Positions 1-11,899 of a stretch of 64,000 bases of DNA are shown here, in pieces (the stretch's first letter is position 1; every line of letters starts with the position of its first letter). The DNA is from Eutreptiella sp. 'Long Island Sound 2002' (taxonomy: Eukaryota; Protista; Euglenida). The stretch covers positions 142,476,001-142,540,000 of the forward strand of contig OZ038378.1 of assembly GCA_964036045.1 (NCBI GenBank). The letters run 5' to 3'. The notes under the pieces were generated by a model. It had not been told where the DNA came from and ran no database searches. It saw only the letters and a program-made list of their open reading frames with translations. Both the position numbers and the translations under genes were made by a program.

Positions 1-300
1 GGTTTTGCAGAGTAATTTGCCTCAAATTTGATGAAAACTGTTGTGGAAATGATTAGAAACCACCACAAGATGATACGAGGTTGTTTTTGCAACCTATTTT
101 TCTTCTTATACGCAAATACGGCATTTTGTCATTTGTTACTCTTGTCACGAGGATGTCATCATTGACAACCGCGGTTACTTTCGGCCACCAAAACGGTTTT
201 TTAGGTTGAAAATTGAAAACTCTTCCCAATAGGCTCATTGGAACCGGCTCAAAAAGCCGGTTTTATTGATTGGTCACAACCCCGGGTGCTTTGGCGGTTG

Positions 301-415
301 GCCGAGATTTTAGGAAGATAATCGTTACCTCTGGCTTGGTCCCTCCAGATTTCAGGACGACAATCGTTACCTCTCCCACGAGACGGAAGTAACGATTATC
401 GTCCTGAAATCTCGC
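301..415. repeat. Cluster of inverted/direct ~24-28 bp repeats (hairpin)
   Basis: AGATTTCAGGACGACAATCGTTAC (347-370) pairs with GTAACGATTATCGTCCTGAAATCT (389-412) with 1 mismatch. A third degenerate copy lies at 301-328. Confidence 0.7.
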
Positions 416-1299
416 CGGTAGCTAACACTTTCAATTTCTCCGCACTTTGGGGATGCCAAAAAGTAGATGTTATGTATCCATGATGATTTCTCCACCCTAT
501 GGGGATTCCCAGAACGCACATCTTATGCAGTCACCTTGATTTCACCCCAATCTGGGGACCGGTAAGTTGGTGTTTTCACGCTGGGGCAGAATCCCCACAT
601 GAAGGGCTTAGAGTTGGGCCGCCGCTGTTTTTTTCAGTTTACGGTTCCGTGTATGCTGGAGCTGGCATGGTTGGTTAGCCGCACCTACATTGCTTGTTCA
701 ACTAAAGTGTCCCCTCGCCGTGGGCTATTCGATTCTTCGCCCGTCTGTGCCTAGTCTTTCCCCTGGGGATACTATTTCCATTGTGTGTCTTTTTTCATTT
801 TTCATGTATGTGATTTTTTGAGGTCCCTGTTGTCACCTTAAGGTGTAGGATTTAATCGAGCGAGGTGAGAGAAGTTTGGCCCTCGGACAATCAAGTTGCT
901 TCTCATTTGTACTTAGTCAATGTAATCGCCAATGTACATGCAGGCTCAACCCTATGTGCATCCGTGTGATCGCTTCATAATCCGAAGACGTGTGTCGGCA
1001 AACCCATAGGCCTGTCTTATCCAATCCAGTGCACATGTTGTCAGCGACGTAGTCATAGACCGCATAATGCAACCCGAGGGATTGCCAGGCAATCCGCCGG
1101 TGCTCCGACCCGCACCCGAAGCGTCACGCTATCGCGCCTCATACGTACGCACACAGCCGCAAAACGCACGCCACCACGCTGAATACACCACATACCCCTT
1201 ATTGCTGCTCCTACGGCGCGCTCACACAGAGGCGGCGCTGGCACTCACTCGGCCCCGTACTCGCTCAGGCCTTACCACAGACAACACTCAGCAACAAAA

Positions 1300-4200
1300 G
1301 GGGGGGGAGAGCGGTCACACTATACCTGCAAGGAGGAGGGGTATTGCTGTCCTTGCAGGCAAGGAGCGGGTACACACAGAGTCAGGAAAGGGGGGGGGAG
1401 GGGGGGGGGGAGGACACGCTCGCCTGCTCCGACAAATACTGCCGGCAGGCTACCAGAGTCCATGCATGTTAGTACTACAAAAGGCCTAATGGTCTCCGAC
1501 TTGCCACGCCCAATAAAAGTGCAGTTAGTTACCACAGTGGTGTACACAACCACCATGGCCGGTCTCCCCTGAACACAAAGCCTCATACCCAAATGTCTTC
1601 CCCGTCTCGGCTTTTGCGTAGTTATGGATGTACTGATACCTTTCACGGCACCTTCGTGTCCCGGAATAGAGACCACACGTTCCATCGCATGCGCTGCACC
1701 TTCATCCTTAGACAGTACAAGCTGCCCCATGTGGCGCTACCAGGCATTAGTGAACTCCCCAACGAGCTGAGCAACAGACACAAAGCGCTTTGCAGCGGGC
1801 ACCTGTGGACTAATGGTCGACGACCTGTACCCCTCTTGATGCAACTGAATAGCTTCGGTGGAAACGTATTGTTGCAATTTCCGGATCTCGCGTCTCCTCC
1901 TCTTACATCATCGCTCCGCAGAGCCAGCCGGGGGGCCAAGGGAAAGTTTCCCCATTAGCACAAAAGCTGCGACACACAGGCCGGCACACATGTGGGTAGA
2001 AACGGACCGACCCGTGAAAAGGGGGAGGGGGGGAAAACAGAGGTGACCTTCATGACAGCTGGCAACAAGTACAAAGGACTATCTAGTCGACCCTCATTGG
2101 CGAAGCAATCTGCCTCTTCATTGACCGGCACACCACAGTGTGCCGGCACCTTAACCCAACAAACTTCACCCACAAAGTGGCCCCACAAAGAGAGGACTTT
2201 AACCCAGTGGTCGACGTGGGAAACCGGCCCATACGCATTACACCAACCATGGCGCTTCCACCGCGCGTCTCCCCCATGACACCTAGGTAGACCATGGTGC
2301 AATTTGTAAAGAAACCCTCACGCACACCTAGCCGGTGGCGCTCCAGAGCCCACAACGCAGCCCACAGCCCAGTTCGTATATTTGTTTGCGGATCTTGTAC
2401 TGCTAAAGGGGAGGAGAACCGAAGCCCACTATCAGAGCATACCCCCAAACCCCCAACCACCATGCACCAACTCACTTGAGCCATCCGAGTAAACGGCAAT
2501 CCAGCCTGCAAGCAGAAATGGCTCAATAGCAAGAACAAAATGAGCTCGTAGTGTGGAGGCATTCGGCTTCAACCTCGGACGGCCCGGCTCAAAGGCCGGA
2601 ATTAAAGGAAGTGCCCCTTGTAAAGGCACTGCGGCATCCACCAAATGAGGGTGTACCACAGGTCCACCCTCGATTGCGCGCACTCAATGCTTTCCCGATT
2701 AAAACTAGCTCCACCTCCGGCCAGTACCGCAAGGAAGCACCCGACCAAAAACATAACGCCCATAGCCATTTACGTAAGAAAGTCTTATCAGGAAGACGCG
2801 AAAGCCCACTCAAGGAGGTGGCACATCGAAAGGACCAGTTCGCTGATACAATAGACCAAAAAAACAAACCAGCCGCAGAACTCAAGGGGAAGCGGGGAGG
2901 TGGTTCAGCACCAGGTCCGACGCCATTCACGCAATACCTCCCACCTCTGGATGAGGCAAAAGCATAGTACTAAGGGAAGACGCTAAGCCCAGAAAAGGGC
3001 AGGCAGAAACCGCATGGTCGTGCGTCTCAACGGCCCCACAGAAGGGTGCAATTCGGTCACCCACCGGCACCTTTCTCCATAGAGCTGCCAGCAGAAAGTC
3101 ACGTAGAGGCCCTTCCAAACGCAGAGAGTTGAAATGACCCCAGATATCATCCGGAACATGCTCTTCGACCAAATAGGCCATCATAAGCATGCGCCAAGTA
3201 GGAGTACTACCCCAATGCAAAACCAAATTCGGCTAAACTCCCCCGCTGTAGAGGCCGGGTTTGGTGGTTCCCGATACCTCGGCTCCCACGTTGGCGGAAG
3301 ACAATTGGGGAAGTTACCCAGGGCCCTAAGCCGTTGAAGCGTCATTATTCCCTGACAGATTAGGGATGGGGAAAAGTGAGTATGTCCATGATGATTCCGG
3401 TACGCTACTGTATGCCCTGCCGGCCATGTGGACTTCGAACGATGCAATGGCTAAAATTGCTGTGAGGCGGGGTCATCCAGCTGCTCGGTTTCCGACCCTT
3501 GTGAGCTCATTTGTACTTACTCATCGATCTTCACATGACATTTGTATTGAACGGAGTGTTTTTATCTGGGTCGCGGCCATCGCCGGCTTCTTCTTCTTCT
3601 TCCACATGAAGTGCGCTTGGAACGTTGTCAAGGTTTGTCAAACGGGTCAAACATGTGTACGTAGTAGTATTGGTTTGGCACCTCTTCGTGGACGAGGACC
3701 GAGTATGCAAGATTTATACCTGTACACTGAACGCGTGAAATCATTTCTCTCCACCAACCGGAGCCCATTATGGATCACGTTTTGCAGCCATATTGAGCCC
3801 AGAAGGCAAGGTTTATGTAGCCATAATGATTCGTCTTCATTTTGCGGGCCACCAAAGGCAAGGTCTACTTCGCATTATTGATTCCTCCTACCAACAAGGA
3901 GCCTATGAAGGTCGGTGTTCAGGACACACATTCTTGGGTGCCCGAGGAAGCCATGGCTTATGTAGCACACTCCATTTCTCCCAACAGAATTCGTTAGCCA
4001 CCCCTTTGGGGACGAGTACGGAGGATGGAAGATTTGTACCGGGCGCCGACAATGATAATTCTCATGCAAATTCACTTGGGACTACGTACGTTTGTTTACG
4101 CTAGTTTTGGAACAGTACACTTTGCAAGCGCCGGGTGTCATAGGTTAAATGGTCCTTCGAGACGGCTTTGATTGGTTGTTTGACTACTAGGAAAGCTTGA

Positions 4201-7200
4201 ACATCCTCTGCCAGATGTGGCATAGTCCTCCAAACCACATTGTGCCCCATGTGGAAGAGGGGGAGGTGGGAAGTTTCCACGAGCATGCCATGCAAGGACT
4301 TGAGATGCTGAGATGGCTGGTTTCAACACGGTGCAGGGAGGTGGGGTCTATGATGTGGGTAAGGAATAGTGACGAGTGCTACCTGTACAATAAAACCTTC
4401 TTGGGCGGGGTGGGGGGGGGAGGGGCAGACTGTAGCCCCCCAATTGTGGGCGATGGGCGAGGATCACGAGGGTGATGCCCCAGGAACTTAGGTGAAGCGC
4501 TGCTCAGGAGCACGTTGACCACTCCCTCTGACGGGAAAACATCTTTGGCCCCATGCACAGAATGATGCATGAGCAGCGCGACTAGTTCTAGCAGCGACAT
4601 GGCCCATTGTTGCAGTGTCCTGCCTTGGCCATATCGTTTTTGGATGGCCGCCTTGTAGGATTGTTGGTGGGTGACATGTCCAATCTTGATGCCTAGGTAT
4701 TTGTAGTCGCGTTGGATGCGCAGTGGTGTCGCCCCAAGCACGGCTTGCAGCTAAGTGCTCCGGGCGCCTTTGTGAAGGCTAGCCCATTTATCAATGTTCA
4801 CATGCAAACCCGGGTGCGAGGAAAAGGACTTGGGGCAATCTATCGCGCCACAAAGCAGAGGGCCCAACAAAACGTGGGGGCTAGTGATGATGATGAAGAG
4901 ATCATCTGCATTGAGGAGTGCTAGGCACCAGGACTCATTCGGCCCCCGGCAGCCAGGGCACATTGAAAAATTCCATACATTTTCCGGGGGAAAAAATTGC
5001 GGAATGCCACGTATATCAAGCAGGAGAGCCCATTAATGCGCGGGGAGGATGTGGCACCGATTGTGTCCAAAGCCGCATGCCATCCCACACCACCACAAAC
5101 CCCCCCCCTTGTATAAGCACCCCCCCCCCCCCCTAAGCGGGCTGGAGTGGGAAGGCCCTGCCCTGCCATATGAAATTGGCCCCGCCCCTTCCGAGCCCTC
5201 GTGGATATAAAATATTTCTTGTTGCAGCCCAGTTCTTGTCATGCCGGTACGGACAAAAGTCCCGGATTCATTCGTAATAGTACGGAAACATTGACAAAAT
5301 GAGAGAAAATTCAGCGAGGGTGTGGCATTTGTGTCGTACAATATGTGCAAGGTGGCAGGAAATCCGAGGGGCTTGGGTTGAGCTCAAAAAGGAGAGTACG
5401 GAAAACGGTAGGAGAGTACGGGATACTTCAAGGGGAGTACGCCACCGCTTCACTACTATTCGAGAACGAGGCTAATGGCAACATGGCGGCAACGCTCGTG
5501 AAAGAATTCATTCTCCGTTCGGAGGATGGTTCCACCCTCCCGTCTAAGGTTGAGGGACCGAAATTCCGCGTCCCGCCACCACCCCCGATCACTATCCCAC
5601 CCCAGCCCGAGGACGGTGAGGATGGAGATAAGGGCAAACGCACTGTGACGCCCAAGAGGAAAGGAGATGAATCCGGAGAGGCCTCACGCCTACCGGTCAA
5701 TAGTGCATGACATCATTGCAGATTTTGAGCCGGAAGGCCGGTTTCCCCGTAAAGTTTCTCGATATCCACCAGGGCCACGGTGCACATGGGTGGCCACAAG
5801 GGGGAGCAGGAGGCCGTAGTGCGTTTGTTGGCTGCCGAAGCTCAAGGCTGCCGGGCATCAGCGATGGTATTATGTATTGTGAGGCAGCGATAATTTGCTT
5901 TTTGCGGTCTTGCGCATTGTTTGCACTGTATACACCCCAATGACCCGTGCGTCTTACCTAAAGGAAGAGTGTATTTGATGGGCAAGCATATGAAACATGA
6001 GCTGATAGCCACCATCTGGGAATATTACAATTACAACACCCGTGAACAAAACTGCACAATGCACCAGCGGGGAGCAAATCAGCCTAGCTGAATGAGCAAA
6101 TCAGCGGGTCTGCGGAGCATGCAAAGAAGGGGCAACGGGCTGCAGTGCTTCATTAAAACACACATCTTGGCTCCAAATCAGCCACTATAGATGCCGATAT
6201 GGGTGGAGCTGCTACCGCGGCTACTGGTGCTACTGCCACCGGTGCTACTGGTGCTATGCCACTACTCTCATCATCACTGCAGCAACATAAGACATGGAAC
6301 ATGGGGCTGCAAAAAGAATGGGATGACACGGGGCTGAGATGGGGGTAATGTTGACCAAACTATATGCTGTGCTGCGCCCTAACCTTTGTACACATTTAAA
6401 CAAATTGAAAAGCAGCAAGTAGCAACTCAAAATACACAGTGCTAAGGTATAATACAAAATGTGCGATTGCAATAATAAAAATTCCGTGAAGGAACTTTAA
6501 AATTTCGCAAATAAAATGTTTCATTCTGTTCATCCTGAGCTTGCTGGGCTGGCTATTAGCGCCTGTCATTGTTCTAGGCCTATTGAATTTTGTACGGCTT
6601 CATTTCATGTGGAGTTGCTTCCACCTAAAAGGGAAGGAAGGGTGCATCAAAGGCAGGTGGGCTTCTGCTTTATAGGTGGCCAGAAACAACGTTTTGAATC
6701 GATTTTCAACGGCAAACATCCCGTCACCACCAATTATAAACACTCACCATCTGGCTAGGCCAAAAATCCTATCACCTTCCATTTTCAATTCTGGTAGTCA
6801 AGGATTTGGCGCCATCCCACCCCACCCCATTACAAGGAGCGGGCTGCCCTTGGGGGGGGGGAGGGGGCTCTTGTGGGTGTCGGATGCCCCCCACCCCCCT
6901 TGCCAACTGGCATTGGAACCGGCCGAGAGGGGTTTCATCAATGCCGTGCCCACCCTTGGCAAGTCATACTTCTTGAAAAAGGAACCCAGGCATAGTTATT
7001 GTTTGGCTGCGTTGGAGACTTCAGAGCTCATGTGCTGGGGGTCTGGCATCAGGATACCGAATTTATCCTTGAGGGTATACAATTGGCTGCCATATTGTAG
7101 CTGCTTGCAGAGGTGGCAAATTTCCTACCGGTTCCTCCATGGCTGTGCCGTTAGGGGTTGTCAGTCGTGGCTCTTAATTGGTCAAGGACCTTTTGCCGCG

Positions 7201-8400
7201 ACCTGTCTTCTTCCTCCTTTGAGGCGAGTGGAAAAGAAGAGAGTATGCAAGCCGGTTTAGTGGCAAGATGTTAGCCTAGCTCCCCAAGGAAAGGGTAGGC
7301 CTGTTCGGGCGCTTGGTCGAAAACGGCTTCCATCATAAGTGCCTTTAGCTCTGTGTACACTTTATTGTGTTGTGCCTATTTCAACTTATACCTACACTTA
7401 TGAATGTAGTCCTGAGTCGCAAACCACCATTCGTCGCCTTCACTCTGCACCTTAGAAAGGGCAGCAGGGAGGCTATCGGTAGTGTCTTCATGTTTTAGAA
7501 AAGAGGTGGGGCAGCGGTGGCGCTTGGTTTGATGCCCCTGCACCCCAAGTGCTCGCTGGACTACAATTGCTTTGTGGTTAGAGTTGGCCACAAAGCGGGT
7601 GTGGCACTTGAGGAGGTGGGCTTGGCAGGGTGACAGGATGAGTATTGCGGCGTTGCGGATTATCAATGCCCCGCCCCCCCCGTCGCCAAATTTAGTTTTA
7701 GGACACGGGAAGACAGGTCGTGGTGCAGAATGGATGTGCGCCGGGGAAGCCCCGGGTCCATCCTTGATGCTCAAAAATCCAAAATCACACGTGCCGCTTG
7801 GATGCAGCGATTCATGCGTGTTGACCAGTCCTTTCTTTCCCATGGTGATGAGCTCCGTGTCTCGAGCAGCTACCACCGGCTGGTGTTCAAGGGTGAGTCG
7901 GGGGGGCAGCAACATCCCTAGTGGGAACGAGCACGGAGTTGTGGTCATAGGAAAAAATTGTGTAGCTAGGGATCAGCGGGGCAAGGCCCTTATGGATGTG
8001 CTGGCATTGCTTGTTTCTGAAGCATGCATCATGGTGGAAATGTGAGAATAGGAAATTATGTTGCAGACTCTCCGGGTCGCAAAAGGCCACCAACAGGATA
8101 CGGGGCTCGGGGGACAACAAGTCAAGCACGGTGCAGTGCTAGTTCCAACCCACTAAGGTACCGCCCATCCCTTGGGGGGTGACATTAATTAGAAAATTGG
8201 GTTCTTTGGCATCAATTTTTGCCGGTAGGAGGGTGCGTTCATCCTCGGAATTGGCGTGAGTTTCCTGAAATCTGATTACAGGAATCTCGTTCCGTAAGAA
8301 CCCGAGGAGGAGCTCACAACGGAGCTCGGTGCTATCAACATTAGAGATCTTTGTGAGGAGGCCATTCACATTCTGGGTGGTGCACTTGCACTTTTACGGG
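1300..8400 (-). mobile_element. Decayed L1/Tx1-like non-LTR retrotransposon (APE endonuclease - RT - zf-RVT - RNase H), interrupted by ~1.1 kb of other sequence near 5100-6250
   Basis: Minus-strand motifs occur in the expected order: APE start (V)NGLL..FQETH at 8139-8369; YDHNSVL and SNHKAIV near 7900/7560; RT fragments GRSTA (~6350), LLNADDLF (~4900) and DYKYLGIKIG (~4690); zf-RVT LWRKVPVGDRIAPFCGAVETHDHAVSACPF (~3000-3100); RNase H VYSDGS (~2480) and WVKVPAHCGVPVNEEADCFA (~2100). There are many stops and frameshifts, and the boundaries are approximate. Confidence 0.75.
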
Positions 8401-9549
8401 CTGCTTGGTCCAAACAATTTGCCCAGTGCGGACCCTATGCGCTAATGCTCCCCCTTTGGCCAAACAACAACAATGCCTCAACAACCGCAGCAATACTAGT
8501 GACAACTAGCCCAAAATAGCCTACATTCCACATAGTGCGCCCCCATCATGCCCGTGCCTTTGTAAAATGCACACACGAAAACGTGCCAAGCGTGTCTTGC
8601 TATCAAAGCCCGTGTGTCTCTTGTCATCGATGGTTAGATATTGCTGAGAATCTCTATTTTGTCACATCGCATTGGCGACTGTCACCCCCCATCTGATGTC
8701 AGCATGTTGGACGCTTTTGGTCCCAACATGTAAAGTGCGCTTCCGTCCTTTGTTCTTTATCAAGTCCTAAAATGCTTCCCTGCACCTTTGGGAAGGGCTT
8801 GTGTTTTAACATATGCTATCTTGCCGTGCTCATGGAGGTGAAATAACATCCACCCACCACCTCGAAGCCAAAGTGCAACATACATAGAGGCATATTCCAA
8901 AACAAAAACCAATCTACATGGCATTGTCGAAGCAACTTTTGGTGAGCAAACGGGCACCGCACTACACGGTTGTAATAAGGAATAGCACGGTTCTGCTTTG
9001 TGTTTCACAGCAGCAACACCACAACTAGTTGGCGATGAGAATTATTGTGCTGAATGGACTGGCCCACACATGTGGCAATAAAGTGTTGCATGCCGCACAA
9101 TGATGATTTCAAATTAGCCCCCCTCGTGCAATTCAATAAGTTGTTTGCACCTACATCATTACCTGAGCATGTCGCCGACCGCAACCTCAAGGCAGGTTTT
9201 AGATGGATTAAAATAATTCGCACCGAAGTCCTTGTGCTTTGGTCGGGTGAGTTGCGCATAGGGTATTTCTGGGCCGGTGACTTGGGTGATCTTTGGCACC
9301 AGAGCACGGGGATAGATGGCCATGCCGTTGATTTGGAACTTTGTGCATTTGCTGCGAGCTCGGCAATCATTACCTCAATGCACTACACAGGGTGGAACAG
9401 TGTGATCCATTTTGCACACCGGGGTTTAGGAGCGACAATTTCCCATGTTTATTCGCCTGACTGCTTCTTATTGCGCTTGAGTGATAAGGGTCATAGAGAG
9501 TCCCGAGGACGGGTCCATTAGAACCTTGCTCTGCTGTTCTTTGACCAGT

Positions 9550-11060
9550 TGGAGCGTACCACAAGCATCCTATTCCTTTTGTTCAAAATGGCGGTGGCAT
9601 ACCCCCGGCGTCCCAAAGGCCAGTGCAATCGAACAAGCCTCGATTTCCACAATGGGCTCATCCACAAGCCGTATCATCATGCGACCAGTGACCCACGGGC
9701 ATTGCCAACATCGGTGACGTGCGTTGTCACCCACCTCGCAACGTTTTCTCTAAGTGCCACACCCCAAGGTGCAGGAATTCCGCTCAGCAGTACTTGTTGC
9801 CATTGGGTCTTCCTGGTCGAAGCTACGTTTACTCGGCCTAGCGATACTTTGCACAAAGATCTTGGATTCTTTCATCCTTGTCAAATCCAGCTGATGCCAT
9901 TTTACAGGGCAAGCAGGCATTCGTGAGGCCAAGTAGCAGAGACGTTTGCGTCCTCTACCTTTTGTTGAAAGTGGCAGCGATACATCCCCGGCGTCCAAAA
10001 GGCTAATGCAATCGAACAATCCGAAATGTCCACAATAGGCTCTTCCACAAGTCATACCGTAATGACCCGGTGAACCACGGGCATAGCTAGCAGCGGTAAC
10101 ATCATCGCCCACCCGGCAAGGCTTTATCTAGGTCCCCAACCCCAAGGTGTAGGTATTCTGCCCCGCGGCCCACGTGGCGTAGTTATCGGAATTGGCATTA
10201 TATGACCCCAATGCGTTGTGTTTGTCGAAGCTCAGCTGCACTCTGCCTTACTTTACTTCTCACGGACCTATTCGATTGTTTCATCATTGCCCTTTCTATT
10301 TGATCCCATTTCCCAAGGCAAGCCGGTATGTGTGGGGCCAAATACCACAGACAGGCGCCGATTGGCACCTACCACAAGCATCTCATGCCTTTTGTTGAAA
10401 GTGGCAGTGATACAAGAGAAATGGATCATGCAATCGAGCAATCCCACATGTACACAAGACGCTCATCCAAAAGCTGTACCACAATGCAACCAAGGAGCCT
10501 TGGGCATTGCCAGCAGCGGTGACGTACATTGTGTGCTGCCGTGCAAGGCTTTCTCTAATGCCAGACCCCAAGGTCTAGGAATTCCGTCCGGCGGCCCAAG
10601 TGCCGTACTCTTCACAATTGGCATTATATCTCGCCCATGGGTGGTCGTCGTCCAACGCTTGTCCCCATCTTGTGTCAATCCTTGCGGCCAATCGTCATCG
10701 GATGGCGCACTCACAGAAATTCCAATATTTGAGCCAATGGTCCGAGTTTGCATAATCATCGGACCAATCTTCCATCAAAACCGATTGCACTCCTTCGATG
10801 GCTCGTACCATATCTTCTTCCTTCATTTGGGCCTCCACCGCTTGCACCTTGGCGTCTCGGACTTGGGCTCGGTCTGACTCTTCGTTGCGTTACTTCTCAC
10901 AGACGCCTTTAGTTCTTTCATCATTGCCATTCCTAGCTGATCAGGTTTGTCAAGCCAACCAGGTATTTGTGAGGACAAATAGCAGAGACGGACACTGATT
11001 GGCGCCGACTACGAGCATCTTGTGCCTTTTGTTGAAAGTGGCAGTGATAGAACCATTCCC
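9550..11060 (-). repeat. Four diverged stacked copies of a LINE zf-RVT-region fragment
   Basis: The anchor CCTTTTGTT(G/C)AAA(G/A)TGGC(A/G)G recurs at ~9575, 9958, 10388 and 11025 with alignable flanks. Minus translations (e.g. EPIVDISDCSIALAFWTPG) loosely resemble the post-zf region of the LINE at 38.5 kb. Confidence 0.55.
10640..10890 (-). mobile_element. Possible Ty3/gypsy pol fragment (RNase H-integrase connector)
   Basis: The minus strand reads ..EDWSDDYANSDHWLKYW.. and SAPSDDDWPQGLTQDGDKR. This is a recalled resemblance to gypsy pol linkers only. Confidence 0.3.
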
Positions 11061-11899
11061 CACCCGTGACCCGTTTCGCCCCCCGCCCCCTCACCAACTC
11101 TATAATTCTAGATCCAGTTCCAGTTCATCGTCCAATTGTGCCTCAAGCCACACATTGTTTTCCGTTCCACAGTCGCCCGCACCAGCCCCTTCCACAAAAC
11201 GAAAGCACTCCCCATGTCCTATGTGCATGACATTATCAAGGTTGCAGCCCATGGGAGCACATTCCAAACTCCATTTGGAGAGAGGACGAAGCCCCTAAGG
11301 TTGATGAGGAAGACGATGATACCTATCTTTGCATGTTATGACTGTACGATCCTTGGACCACGGGTCCGCTCGGTTTCCGGGTGCACCAATACTGTACATA
11401 AATGGACCTTCTGCTTTCTGGGGTTCTCCCAAGTACACTCAATGACACATTGAGCGCTAGGATCTTATAAAAAACAAGGAAGATGATGATACCTATCTTT
11501 GCCAAGTTTGTGGCAGTGTGGCAAAAGGAAACATCGGAATGCTTGACATGGAACCTATATTTGTGTGCAACTCCCTTGCACGAGCACACTTGTGATATTG
11601 ATGTCCTTCAGTAGCCACTGATATATTTCAAGATTTCACATGGCTATCTCATGTGGCAAGTATATAATGTGTTGTGACCATTGAGGACATCCATTTCGGA
11701 CCACAATTCATTTTGGAAATGATTCAGTGTCGTTTTTGCCATGTGCATGTGTGCTTCCCCAGAGGTGGTTGAATTTCAAGGTGGCCACGGGAAAGTTAAA
11801 GTACTATGTGGCGCTGTGCGCACGATGCGGAAATACCCCCATAGGAGGCTTTGGATCCTCTTGTGTAATGTAGTTCATACACCGCCAAGGAGGGATAAG

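Noticed and set aside
830-1200. rRNA fragment
   Set aside because: It looks structured, but I could not match any conserved SSU/LSU motif on either strand.
5345-5710. 121-aa plus-strand ORF as a host gene
   Set aside because: It lies inside the interruption of a decayed LINE and has no clear splice or start context; it may be an ORF1 fragment but that is unsupported.
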